Shown here: one piece after another, positions 41,316 through 50,527 of the stretch
Layout of the letters: each line of letters begins with the position of its first letter
How positions within the stretch are numbered: position 1 is the stretch's first letter
Origin: Escherichia phage vB_EcoP-CHD5UKE1
Strand: one strand, 5' to 3'
Sequence record: NC_070989.1
Length of the DNA stretch: 64,000 nucleotides
The notes under the pieces: generated by a model
The model's input: the letters and a program-made list of their open reading frames with translations, nothing else
Database searches by the model: none
What the model was told of the DNA's origin: nothing
Translations under genes and position numbers: made by a program

Positions 41316-41529
41316 GAGGTTCTACCTTAATGCCTTTGATTTTTACATAATCAGCAAGCACGTTGTTGATCACCGTTGGGAAAGGAACCTCAACCTGTGT
41401 TTCAAGTACTTGACCAATACCAGCTTGCATCCACTTCTGGATTGCACGAAGGTTATCACATCCTGTGCTCGTCATCGGGATACGTCGAGTAGTTACAACG
41501 TTATCCAGCATCATCTTACGAATTTCCAT
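41296..41529 (-). CDS. small hypothetical protein (77 aa)
   Basis: ORF-track ORF; tightly packed between the amidotransferase fusion and ATP-grasp genes. Confidence 0.5.
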   Translation of the reverse strand: MEIRKMMLDNVVTTRRIPMTSTGCDNLRAIQKWMQAGIGQVLETQVEVPFPTVINNVLADYVKIKGIKVEPHVKSGS

Positions 41530-41531
41530 AC

Positions 41532-43562
41532 TTAACCTCTATTCAATGAACATTTAGGAGAATTACAATAAACTTGATTCATAGAACCAAGCGTACAACT
41601 TTCAGCATCGCGCCACGGAATCTGCTTAAAACACTCTGAGCAGTATCCGAGGGTTGACCACATGGCTTTGGTGAAGTCAGTGCTTCGGTTTCCGTCGAAG
41701 CTGACAACAGTTTTGCGGAGAGCTGTTCGTGATTCAGGAAACACACCTGCTTTCTCAGCAGGTTCCTCCTTTTTTGGCTTAGTTGAGATTGCAAAAATAC
41801 TGTTGCTACGTTTCTCAACATAAGCATCAACAACATCTTCCAGAGTTATGCCTGTCTGTTTCGCTGAGGAAGGTAATACAGTCATACGACCAATCATATC
41901 TTCAGTTACACGTAAAGCAAACTCAGGACGACGGGCGTTTGTTGTATCTGTTGCTTTAATCCATACATAACCATCTTTGATCGTAGCATTAGATACTTTC
42001 TTCTTTACTTCTACAGCGCAGACTTTACAGATATCTTCACCACGAAGACGACTAAGTTCATCATCGAACTCATTCTCTGTTTTAACTTCACCGCAGATTT
42101 CACAAACACCAATAGGAGTTTCCTCCTCTTCTTCCTCTTTAGGTTTAGTCAAACCTTCCAGACATTCAGGATGCCAGTAGCATTGATATGCGAAGACTGC
42201 TTTAGGTGCATCTTTCCAATCAATGTGTTTGTCACAACCACCACAATCACCATGAGAGTGTGCTTCCCAGAATTTACGAGTGATAGTAACGCCATTCTTG
42301 TTGACGAAACTATCATTCATATCAAAAGGGATATCATCATCGAAGTCAGCAGTAGTTGACTCAGGCTCCTTTTTCTCCAGAGATGGGTCAACAAAATGAC
42401 CTGCTGTGATCACTAAACGAACCATAGCATTAACTTCGGAGATGCAGGATACTGTCCCACGGTAAACAATTTTAGGGTCTTTCAGGGCATCCTGATAAGC
42501 CTTAATGTCTACGTTATGAACATCACCTTCGATATACTCTTGAGACTTCTCATCGTAGATATAACCAATCATCTTACCACGAGAAGGAACAGCACCAGCA
42601 GTTGCATAAGGAACAAACTCATGCGGAGTGATTTCCACAGTCATATCTCGGCGAATGTCAATGTTTCGATCGCTTGCGATTTTGTTTTGACTTACCACTG
42701 CGTTTCTTCGACGAACGTCTGCCGCTGTCACTCCCGGCTTCGTGTCGTAAGGATTGCTTGTATTGCTTTTTGAGGAACTTTGATAGTTGCTTTGGCTGTA
42801 GTTGTTCGAGTAATAACTGCCCCAACGATTGGCTACCGTAAAAACCGGAAGCTCGTGGGCGACCTCTTCAACCAGAGTCATGCTGTTGTTTGACATATCA
42901 AAGATATATTCTGTACCAACTTTACATTCAAAATGCTCATCAATACGGTTCTTGTGAGATCTAGAACGCTTCAGAATCCACATCAACATGTCTTCTTCAG
43001 AAGCACCAAACCAATCTCTGTTACAACGTGCGAGGTGGAATGGACGCTCTTCGTTACGGATGATATGAAGACGGTTATCAGAAGCATCATGCCAGATTAA
43101 GGTGAAAGCACCATCCAGCTTTTGAATAGTCTCTGCTGCACCAATAGTGTTAATAGAGTGGCAGATGTTCTCACTGTCTACCTCGAAGTTTTTGCTGTCA
43201 GGTAACAGATCTTGGTCCATCAAGGTTCCATTATGAACCAGAGTGATGTTACCATGTTGGAAAGGATGGGCGTTCTTGGCGTTAACTGCACCTTTCGTTG
43301 CATGACGACTGTGACCAACAATCCATGAAGGTGCTACAGTGTAAGCTGTTTCACCAGTGGTGTACTTCTTGTACTCATCTTGTAGGATGAATGCGAAAGA
43401 AGGAAGAGCTTCTTTATAAGTGAAGACTTCCTTAGTACTTTTACGCTGACCAAAGATACCGGAGGAATGTTGTCCTCGGAATACTCCAGCATAAAAGAGT
43501 TGGTTAAATACGTCTAAATCAGTGCTTGACAGATTACCGCCAGCTAATACGATGCCACAAAT
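41532..43562 (-). CDS. class-II (Ntn) glutamine amidotransferase-like domain fused to a Cys-rich multi-zinc-ribbon C-terminal region; non-AUG (ATT) start inferred
   Basis: In-frame extension upstream of the ORF-track ORF (41532..43223) encodes (I)CGIVLAGG...RGQHSSGI...GHSRHATKG...NAHPF...LVHNGTL, the N-terminal-nucleophile Cys signature. A stop lies 2 codons upstream of the Cys; AGGTGG sits 7 nt upstream of ATT-TGT. Confidence 0.55.
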   Translation of the reverse strand: MCGIVLAGGNLSSTDLDVFNQLFYAGVFRGQHSSGIFGQRKSTKEVFTYKEALPSFAFILQDEYKKYTTGETAYTVAPSWIVGHSRHATKGAVNAKNAHPFQHGNITLVHNGTLMDQDLLPDSKNFEVDSENICHSINTIGAAETIQKLDGAFTLIWHDASDNRLHIIRNEERPFHLARCNRDWFGASEEDMLMWILKRSRSHKNRIDEHFECKVGTEYIFDMSNNSMTLVEEVAHELPVFTVANRWGSYYSNNYSQSNYQSSSKSNTSNPYDTKPGVTAADVRRRNAVVSQNKIASDRNIDIRRDMTVEITPHEFVPYATAGAVPSRGKMIGYIYDEKSQEYIEGDVHNVDIKAYQDALKDPKIVYRGTVSCISEVNAMVRLVITAGHFVDPSLEKKEPESTTADFDDDIPFDMNDSFVNKNGVTITRKFWEAHSHGDCGGCDKHIDWKDAPKAVFAYQCYWHPECLEGLTKPKEEEEEETPIGVCEICGEVKTENEFDDELSRLRGEDICKVCAVEVKKKVSNATIKDGYVWIKATDTTNARRPEFALRVTEDMIGRMTVLPSSAKQTGITLEDVVDAYVEKRSNSIFAISTKPKKEEPAEKAGVFPESRTALRKTVVSFDGNRSTDFTKAMWSTLGYCSECFKQIPWRDAESCTLGSMNQVYCNSPKCSLNRG

Positions 43563-43641
43563 TTTCTAATCCACCTGAAGGGTAAACCCTTTCATCTAAT
43601 TAACCTTTAAATTGTGCCCCTTTATCAGAGGCACTCATTGA

Positions 43642-44745
43642 TTACAGCGCTTGCTCTAACTGATTTTCCAGATGGTCTGGAATGTACCCTGTGATATTGC
43701 TATCACTGTGACCAGACTCACGTAGTAAGTCAAAAATAGCACGAATACGTTGTTCTGGAGCGTGTCTTACTTGAGATAGGTCTGCTGTACGAAGCATAAC
43801 CAAAATCTCTTGATACAAGTTGTTAGCGTTCCCTCGAACATATCCAAGGAATCCATAGAAGTCTGACATAAGACGTAAGTCAACAAGAACCTCTCCGTTG
43901 GAGTTAGTTCGACGTAAACGAATACGACCAGACTGTTCTACTTCATGAGAACGGCAATACAAAACATCACGGGCCATACAATACCCTGAATGCAAATCAG
44001 ATTCATCCAGATTGTAATCCAGAGGAAGGTAAGGAAGCATTGGGGCAAATCGTACAGTATTTAAGTGCTCAATAAACTGATCATTGCTCATATCTGCGTT
44101 ATCTAAAGCCAGCTTCTTCAACATCAAGAAGCGGTTAACCAGATTGAGAAGTTGACCACGTTTCCACTTAGGCTCACTGATACGGAACTCAATTGAACCG
44201 TATTGGGCAAGTGGCAGAAGGTTCAGAGATGTATATTTATCCCATGAACGAACCAGACGGTTGAAGAATTCTTCACCATCGTAGTTAAATGCGTCAGAGG
44301 CATTCATTACCTGTGCTTGTACCACTGCAAACGCAGGGCAGAAATTGCTACGATAACGATGGTAGCCTGAACACTTGAACAGCATCTTTTCATAGAAGGT
44401 CCAAGCAAGGATGGTCTTCTTGAGGATATTACTATCAGCATCCCTCATATCCATATGAACGTGAGTAGAGCAACGCCAAGTCCCCTCGGCGTGCGATTCA
44501 GCTACTGCTTCACTCAGGTTGTTGATAGCGTCTAACAACTCCTGTCCGTTGTAAGGTCGTGAACATACCATTTCACAACCGTTACGCAGGGAACCATCCT
44601 CTGTGCAATCCCACATATCTGCTTCGATATGTTCAGAACCTTCGAGTTCAAGCTCAATACCGACACCGCACTGAAGTGCAATTGAACTATGCGCCTCAGT
44701 TAAACGACCTTCTCGATATCCAAAAGTTTGCGCTACAGTTGTCAT
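43642..44745 (-). CDS. amidoligase-like protein (glutamine-synthetase/gamma-glutamylcysteine-ligase fold), putative carboxylate-amine ligase
   Basis: GIELELEG, DGSLRNGCE, STHVHMD and GSIEFR motifs resemble the metal/ATP-binding strands of GS-fold amidoligases; assignment from motif memory only. Confidence 0.5.
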   Translation of the reverse strand: MTTVAQTFGYREGRLTEAHSSIALQCGVGIELELEGSEHIEADMWDCTEDGSLRNGCEMVCSRPYNGQELLDAINNLSEAVAESHAEGTWRCSTHVHMDMRDADSNILKKTILAWTFYEKMLFKCSGYHRYRSNFCPAFAVVQAQVMNASDAFNYDGEEFFNRLVRSWDKYTSLNLLPLAQYGSIEFRISEPKWKRGQLLNLVNRFLMLKKLALDNADMSNDQFIEHLNTVRFAPMLPYLPLDYNLDESDLHSGYCMARDVLYCRSHEVEQSGRIRLRRTNSNGEVLVDLRLMSDFYGFLGYVRGNANNLYQEILVMLRTADLSQVRHAPEQRIRAIFDLLRESGHSDSNITGYIPDHLENQLEQAL

Positions 44746-45359
44746 AACGAATCCACCAACGTAATATTATAATTGCTAAGGTTTTCAGAAATGTGATGAA
44801 AGTGTTCCAGAAGTCGCATCGGTTGCTGACCGTAAGAGTCACGAGGTGCTTCCAGATCTACTTGTCCTACCAGTGCACCTTTATAATGCACTTTACCATC
44901 TGTAGGATTGATGTAAATATAACGAGTAACCAATCCATCAAATTCAGGATTGAACAGACTGTAAACCATTTCACCAGAGATAGAACGACCAATCCCCGGA
45001 GCGTTTCGAATCTTGTTACCCATCAAACCCTTCGCTCTCTGACGAACAGGGTTGATATGAGTCCAGCTTACAGTGTTGCCGTTATGGAACAGATAACCAA
45101 CATCAGGTGATTCAAGAATCAAGGTTGGGTCGAACACTGGAATATTCATCGTAGTGTTTCGGAGATTCCCATGCTCATTCTTGTACCACTGCTCTACAAC
45201 AAAGTACAGAGCCTGTTCTGCTTCGTGTGAGAAGTCATCGCTGCGGAAGTTACCGCTCTGCTCAACACCAATCACAAAACACGGAAGGTTGATATTGCCT
45301 GCTCGTTTAGCAATCCATGTACCATTATAGTAATGAGAAAAATCAGCTACTAAGCTCAC
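44742..45359 (-). CDS. hypothetical protein (205 aa), member of the ligase cluster
   Basis: ORF-track ORF; 4-nt overlap with upstream gene; no recognisable motif. Confidence 0.55.
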   Translation of the reverse strand: MSLVADFSHYYNGTWIAKRAGNINLPCFVIGVEQSGNFRSDDFSHEAEQALYFVVEQWYKNEHGNLRNTTMNIPVFDPTLILESPDVGYLFHNGNTVSWTHINPVRQRAKGLMGNKIRNAPGIGRSISGEMVYSLFNPEFDGLVTRYIYINPTDGKVHYKGALVGQVDLEAPRDSYGQQPMRLLEHFHHISENLSNYNITLVDSL

Positions 45360-45368
45360 GATAACCTC

Positions 45369-46175
45369 TTATGCTACCTGAAGGAGTTTGATCTGCTGGT
45401 CAGCTTCTTTAACGTTGTTCCCGTTAATGATTTCATGAAGCTTCTCAATCGGAAGGCGAGAGTGCAATGCCATCAGAGTGGACATATCACACTGCTGAAC
45501 AACCTTGTCAACCTGATCGTAAACAAACTTACGGTTTTCACGATCACTAATCCAGAAGTTAGACAGAGAACGGTACTCAATACCATAGTCTTTATAACGG
45601 ATTGCAGATGCTTTACCGTAGAGTTCTTTACGGCGAGTATCTTTGTCCATAATTACTGCTGGGAGAGACAGGAAGTAGTCACACAGCACACCCAGCATCA
45701 TCTGAGTTTGCAGAGTGATATCCAAAGCACCAACTACGCCAAGATGTACGTGACCACCGGCAGTACGAAGTCCCTTATTCTGAGAAGTCGGGGATGGGTT
45801 TTTCTGACCAGTGAAGGCGTTGAAATCAGGAGTGCACCCGAAGATGAACGCTGATTCATTAAAGGTCTTCATCTCTTCTTCAGTGAAGATGTGAGAGCTA
45901 ACACCCGGAGCTGTTTCCATGTCCAGTTTGTTCAGGACATTATTGGTGAGATCGATACCACGTTGCATGTTATCGTTAAACGCTTCAAAACCGCTCTGTG
46001 GGTCAATATCAAACTCAGCCAGTACGTTGTCCTCTTGGAGACGAACATCCTTAGCCAGAGCGATCTTATCGTCCTTAGAGCAGCCTAATAAACCGGCTAC
46101 AGAAGTGATGATACCATTGCTAGTACGAACAAACATTTCAGGGTCAGAGCCGATAAGGAATTTGCGCTTAGTCAT
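45369..46175 (-). CDS. hypothetical protein, possibly a second glutamine-synthetase-fold ligase
   Basis: GSDPEMFV, GGHVHLGV and YGIEYRS loosely parallel motifs in 43642..44745; weak. Confidence 0.45.
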   Translation of the reverse strand: MTKRKFLIGSDPEMFVRTSNGIITSVAGLLGCSKDDKIALAKDVRLQEDNVLAEFDIDPQSGFEAFNDNMQRGIDLTNNVLNKLDMETAPGVSSHIFTEEEMKTFNESAFIFGCTPDFNAFTGQKNPSPTSQNKGLRTAGGHVHLGVVGALDITLQTQMMLGVLCDYFLSLPAVIMDKDTRRKELYGKASAIRYKDYGIEYRSLSNFWISDRENRKFVYDQVDKVVQQCDMSTLMALHSRLPIEKLHEIINGNNVKEADQQIKLLQVA

Positions 46176-47139
46176 TGTAATACTCCACTAGTTCAGAAAA
46201 GAGAGATGAGATTGTGTTACCAACTTCTTCAAGAGTAAGACCGGAATCTGCTCCAGTTCTTTGAATCAGTCGGGCTGTAAAGTTTTGTACTGTAATGTTT
46301 CCCAACTTGTCGTCTATTGCTTCACGTTTGTGACCATAACAGTTGGACCAGAGTCTTAACCACTCTGACATTGTTTCATACTCGTCCGGGTCTTGATCTT
46401 TAGCACGAGCAAATCTTCGTAAGGCATCTTGGTTATGGTTACGAACATAACCATTCTCGTTGTCGCCAACACCGAAGGGGTTTTGAACCCATACTTGCTT
46501 CGTGTATTCATCAGAGTCTACAACCAAAGGAAGGAATGCTGCTGCTGACATATTGTTGTTAATAACAATAGAGGTGCTCTCACTACTCCCATTGGCTCTT
46601 CCTCGTTGAGACCATCCACCGAAGAAGTCACGACCCAACCCAGCTAACACTAGAGCGATGCCGATGCGTTTACGCTTCAGCCACTCTTCCCTGTCTTCAA
46701 TTCCTTCTGCTAGGAAATCCATTCCACGATATTGCCCTTCCAGAATACTACGAAAGAGCATAAGTCCTGTGAAGATCTGATCTGCTGGATGCTCACGAAG
46801 GTTGACAGCAACACTATTCGCTGAAGTGATCGTAAATACGTCACGATAGCAAGACATGGAGTTCATAATGTCTGCTGTTTCAACCAAGTTCTTTTCAATA
46901 TCAGATGCAACATGACCGTGAAAAGAGTGAGTCCAGTAATTCAACATCTCCAGTTGCAAGTTGATATCACGGTTGAAGCGACGATAACGCCCTTCTTCCG
47001 AGATAACTTCACCATTAATGTCATTTACACACTGGCCTTGCATGTAGTTGTGGATACCGAAGCACCCACGACCTAAGAACTTCTGTTCCCCTAAATCCTG
47101 TTGAAGATTAAGAGGTACGATCGTTGTGGAGATTGACAT
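46168..47139 (-). CDS. hypothetical protein (323 aa), member of the ligase cluster
   Basis: ORF-track ORF; overlaps neighbour by 8 nt. Confidence 0.55.
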   Translation of the reverse strand: MSISTTIVPLNLQQDLGEQKFLGRGCFGIHNYMQGQCVNDINGEVISEEGRYRRFNRDINLQLEMLNYWTHSFHGHVASDIEKNLVETADIMNSMSCYRDVFTITSANSVAVNLREHPADQIFTGLMLFRSILEGQYRGMDFLAEGIEDREEWLKRKRIGIALVLAGLGRDFFGGWSQRGRANGSSESTSIVINNNMSAAAFLPLVVDSDEYTKQVWVQNPFGVGDNENGYVRNHNQDALRRFARAKDQDPDEYETMSEWLRLWSNCYGHKREAIDDKLGNITVQNFTARLIQRTGADSGLTLEEVGNTISSLFSELVEYYND

Positions 47140-47149
47140 AACTAACCTT

Positions 47150-48346
47150 TTATTTTCCTAAAAATAATCCGCTCATAATACCATCCCACTCAGAGGACGG
47201 AATCACTGAATACTCCGAACTTTGGTCCAGAGTTCCGCTACTGAATCGCTGAACAATATTATAAATATTGAACATATCTTTAGTCTCAGCGCGATAAGCG
47301 TAGACTAATCTGTCAGCTGTTCTTTCATCTTTAGATACCCGACGAGCAAAGGTAACCAGAAGATTGTCACCTTTGAGTATTTCTGACTCATCTTTTACTA
47401 GATCAGGGTGCATAACCGGCAAGAACATTGAGTTGTTCACTCGTAACTCTGCTGTTTCATCATTCTCATAATGAATCCATTTAAAATCTTCATCACGAAA
47501 GTGACCGCATCCATCTCTGTATGACTGTTGACGCCAAGGCACTTGAAATGCTTCAGCGTATTTATCAGCCATGCCAACCGTAAATAGTGACGCTGGGAAA
47601 ATACAAGCATCCCAATCGTTACCAACCAGAGTTGCTTTCGTTTCGCCCAAGAGGTTAGTGTAAGTGCTAACCATTCGTGAGTAAACATAAGCCTGAAGGA
47701 TTGTCCAGCCTTCAACCAACCATTTATGGAGGAAGGTTTCAACTTGACTCTCTTCATCTTCACAATAGAAGGTTCGGTCTAACATCAAATAGAACAGACA
47801 ACGATCAGCAGGGATATTCTCAGTTGCTACCCCCATAAAACCTTTATCGTGCCAGCGTAAACAGGAGGGACGATCTTTGTCCACAAATGCTTCCATAGCT
47901 TCCAGTACAGCACGAGGTGTGGTTCGGTGTTCAGGGTTTTTGTCGTTCCAACGTTCGATGTTATTTTTAGGAGGTGTGTCTTCATCTTCATATGAACACC
48001 AACTCAAAGCTTCAGCTACGTGCTTTTCATCACGCCAACGTCTAAAGCCTAACATCTTCATATGAGTTCCAGAGTTCCAGATATGCTTAATACTGCTCAT
48101 ATCCATCTCTCGACTTAATAAGAACTCTTCCCCATCAGCACTACGAACGTTAGCATCTTCATGCCACACTCGAACGTGCATGTTCCATCCATGAGTTGCC
48201 TCATACATGTTAGGGTCGAAGTAGTCATCATCTTCGTCGTCTTCATCAACGCCACCATTATAGTTGCGAAGCTGAAGGAACCCATAACAAGGAGGGTTGA
48301 CCGTTAAAACATTACCTTCAGTATCTTCTAATGTTACTGGAAACAT
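47150..48346 (-). CDS. hypothetical acidic protein (398 aa), member of the ligase cluster
   Basis: ORF-track ORF; Asp/Glu-rich N-terminal region; no recognisable motif. Confidence 0.55.
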   Translation of the reverse strand: MFPVTLEDTEGNVLTVNPPCYGFLQLRNYNGGVDEDDEDDDYFDPNMYEATHGWNMHVRVWHEDANVRSADGEEFLLSREMDMSSIKHIWNSGTHMKMLGFRRWRDEKHVAEALSWCSYEDEDTPPKNNIERWNDKNPEHRTTPRAVLEAMEAFVDKDRPSCLRWHDKGFMGVATENIPADRCLFYLMLDRTFYCEDEESQVETFLHKWLVEGWTILQAYVYSRMVSTYTNLLGETKATLVGNDWDACIFPASLFTVGMADKYAEAFQVPWRQQSYRDGCGHFRDEDFKWIHYENDETAELRVNNSMFLPVMHPDLVKDESEILKGDNLLVTFARRVSKDERTADRLVYAYRAETKDMFNIYNIVQRFSSGTLDQSSEYSVIPSSEWDGIMSGLFLGK

Positions 48347-48357
48347 TATACCAACCT

Positions 48358-48720
48358 CTATTGGTTTTTAATCAACTCAATCGACTTACGGATATAAAGA
48401 ATATCTCGGAAGTTTCGATAGTTGTTCATAAATTGGTGCTTCTGGAAAGTAGCTTCTTCCAGCGCTTTCTTTGCTTCTGCGTAGCTTTTACGGGCAAGAT
48501 GTACAACCCGCTCTGGTAGCATGTTTGCATGACGGATGACATACTTGTGAGCTTTCATATTGCTTTGCTCACGAGCAATCTTACCTTTAGCAACTTTGAT
48601 ACCATTTGCAATCCAAGCAAGTTCTTGCTCAAGCTCATCGTTGGACATTCCACCGAGGTTTGATGCAACCTTGTTCAGAGTTTCAATATTAACGTTGCCC
48701 TTGATGGGACGTGTATTCAT
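48358..48720 (-). CDS. hypothetical helical protein (120 aa)
   Basis: ORF-track ORF at the upstream end of the enzyme cluster. Confidence 0.55.
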   Translation of the reverse strand: MNTRPIKGNVNIETLNKVASNLGGMSNDELEQELAWIANGIKVAKGKIAREQSNMKAHKYVIRHANMLPERVVHLARKSYAEAKKALEEATFQKHQFMNNYRNFRDILYIRKSIELIKNQ

Positions 48721-48874
48721 ACTTACTCCTGTTGTTTACACTCGTCAATAACCCACTGATAAGTGGATTGCCCAGAAAAGAAACACTGAATAAATCCAGA
48801 TGTTCTCTGCGTTACCAGTGCTAGTGCACAAATCACTATCGCTGCTGCTAGCAGTTTTAAATCTAATTTAGACA
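48689..48874 (-). CDS. small membrane/secreted protein (61 aa)
   Basis: Hand-translated, not in the ORF track; hydrophobic N-terminus LLAAAIVICALALV; RBS GAGAGGAAA; 3' end overlaps next gene. Confidence 0.35.
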
Positions 48875-48890
48875 TATTTCCTCTCGTTGA

Positions 48891-48918
48891 ATTTAAAAAA
48901 GGACTCTCCGAAAAGAGT
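48891..48918 (-). terminator. rho-independent terminator (minus strand)
   Basis: gactct-tttcgg-agagtc followed by CTTTTTT on the minus strand. Confidence 0.55.
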
Positions 48919-49101
48919 CAAGCTTTAAATACAAAAAGATATTACCCAATATCTGTGGATAACCTGCTCTTAAAATATCTATCCGACGGATGTTAGAGGA
49001 ATGTTCCTCTCCCTAGCATCGGCCCCATACGGGAAATATATTAAGATTAGGTTAGTTGAGTCAGAATAACTCACATAGCCCTCCGAAGAAGGCTATAGAT
49101 G

Positions 49102-49569
49102 TTACTCTATCTTAACTGAAGGACAATACTTCTCTTTCTTGCTGCGATACATAACAACAATCCAGTTTGAATCACGACGCTCTTTCTTACGTCGTTTCTT
49201 TTCAGCACGAGTTTCATATGTGCTAGTTCGGTGGTCACGGTATATTCCACGAAGTTCATAAAATGCCCAACCACCACCAAACACTGCACCAGCCAAAGCA
49301 GCCAAAGATGAGGCACCAAGAGCAGGGGCAGCGAACCATGTCCACCAGTCAAAGGTTGACACGTCGTTGTGCCCGAGAAGTGTCCCACCTACTCCAGTAA
49401 GTGCCGCACATATAACAGATAAGAATCCAGACAGTATAACAAAACGCAAAACTGTTCGCCAGAAGTATTCACAAAAGTTAGTCATGTTGTCCCAATAGGA
49501 ATCAGAGAGACTTGACGTAGCTTTGTTGAATCTGTGCAACCATCCGTTCTTATTAACCTTAATCATCAT
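49102..49569 (-). CDS. integral membrane protein (about 3 TM segments) with basic C-terminus
   Basis: Hydrophobic stretches VILSGFLSVICAALTGVGGTLLG and FAAPALGASSLAALAGAVFGGGWAF; C-terminal KKRRKKERR. Confidence 0.55.
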   Translation of the reverse strand: MMIKVNKNGWLHRFNKATSSLSDSYWDNMTNFCEYFWRTVLRFVILSGFLSVICAALTGVGGTLLGHNDVSTFDWWTWFAAPALGASSLAALAGAVFGGGWAFYELRGIYRDHRTSTYETRAEKKRRKKERRDSNWIVVMYRSKKEKYCPSVKIE

Positions 49570-49799
49570 TTGCCTTTCTTAGCACGATCTTTGGCAGTTT
49601 TACCGGTGCGAATGCGATGGGAAACGTTAACCAGAGTGCCACCATCAACTACGGTAACGCTCTTGTTTTTAGCCAGATCGAACACAGTTTTCTCCGTGCC
49701 ACCCAAGCGAATTTGCTTAGGCTCACTGAAGGTTTGGGTTGATTTGGATTGGAACTGGAACGGTTGACGGATTGCATCAATTGCACTTACTTTAGACAT
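49566..49799 (-). CDS. small hypothetical protein (77 aa)
   Basis: ORF-track ORF; 4-nt overlap with the downstream gene. Confidence 0.5.
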   Translation of the reverse strand: MSKVSAIDAIRQPFQFQSKSTQTFSEPKQIRLGGTEKTVFDLAKNKSVTVVDGGTLVNVSHRIRTGKTAKDRAKKGK

Positions 49800-49905
49800 A
49801 GGGGAAATTCCTTAAAAAGTCATAGCTGCGTAGAGGGAATTCCCTACGCAAATTGGGCCGCCCACAGAGAGGCGTCATAGTACTAAAAGGAGGAGAGAAG
49901 AGGGC

Positions 49906-50022
49906 TTATTTAGCTACCTTTTTCTGTCCGTTTACGAACCAGATAATTGAACCGTCAGGCTGTCGTTGACCGAAGCCTTTCTGGTTAATCATATCGTCAT
50001 AAGAATATGCTTTACGTCTCAT
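49906..50022 (-). CDS. small hypothetical protein (38 aa)
   Basis: Hand-translated; ATGA overlap with upstream stop. Confidence 0.3.
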   Translation of the reverse strand: MRRKAYSYDDMINQKGFGQRQPDGSIIWFVNGQKKVAK

Positions 50023-50279
50023 TTGTTTTCCTGTGGAGTTAAGATAATTTCAGCTTTACTAAACTTCTCACCAACAACCATATCACCAGAGATGACACGC
50101 AGTTCTCCAGTGCCTAAGTTAACAGCTCCAGCAGGTTGACAGCCCCTGCTCTTAGCTGTAAGCATATAAATCTTTTGATCCTTACATTCTTGGAGTGTGA
50201 ATACGTCAGCCATGCTTAGGTCTTTAACATGGAGGATTATTTCCTCCTTGCTTTTAACTTTAATGTGAATAGTGCTCAT
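50019..50279 (-). CDS. small early protein, paralogue family A
   Basis: Shares the L..(G)D.F...(hydrophobic)...VNL..G pattern with eight or more other ~70-87-aa ORFs. Confidence 0.5.
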   Translation of the reverse strand: MSTIHIKVKSKEEIILHVKDLSMADVFTLQECKDQKIYMLTAKSRGCQPAGAVNLGTGELRVISGDMVVGEKFSKAEIILTPQENK

Positions 50280-50281
50280 GA

Positions 50282-50527
50282 TTACTCCTGAACCACTGAC
50301 ATACGAATCACTTCAACTGGGGCATCACTTTTCATAACACCTAATACACCAGTAAGAAGATTAACTGTCGTAATCCAACCATCTTCTACAGAGATTTTGT
50401 TGGACACATTATTGACACGGATGTAATACTGAGGGGATGCCGTTCCTCTCTGAATTACGAAAGGGTTTCCGGGAATAATTGTAGCCAGTGAAACCGTGTT
50501 ATCTTTAATCTTTGGGATGATCTTCAT
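50282..50527 (-). CDS. small early protein, paralogue family A
   Basis: Family pattern (PGNPFVI...TTVNLLTG). Confidence 0.5.
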   Translation of the reverse strand: MKIIPKIKDNTVSLATIIPGNPFVIQRGTASPQYYIRVNNVSNKISVEDGWITTVNLLTGVLGVMKSDAPVEVIRMSVVQE

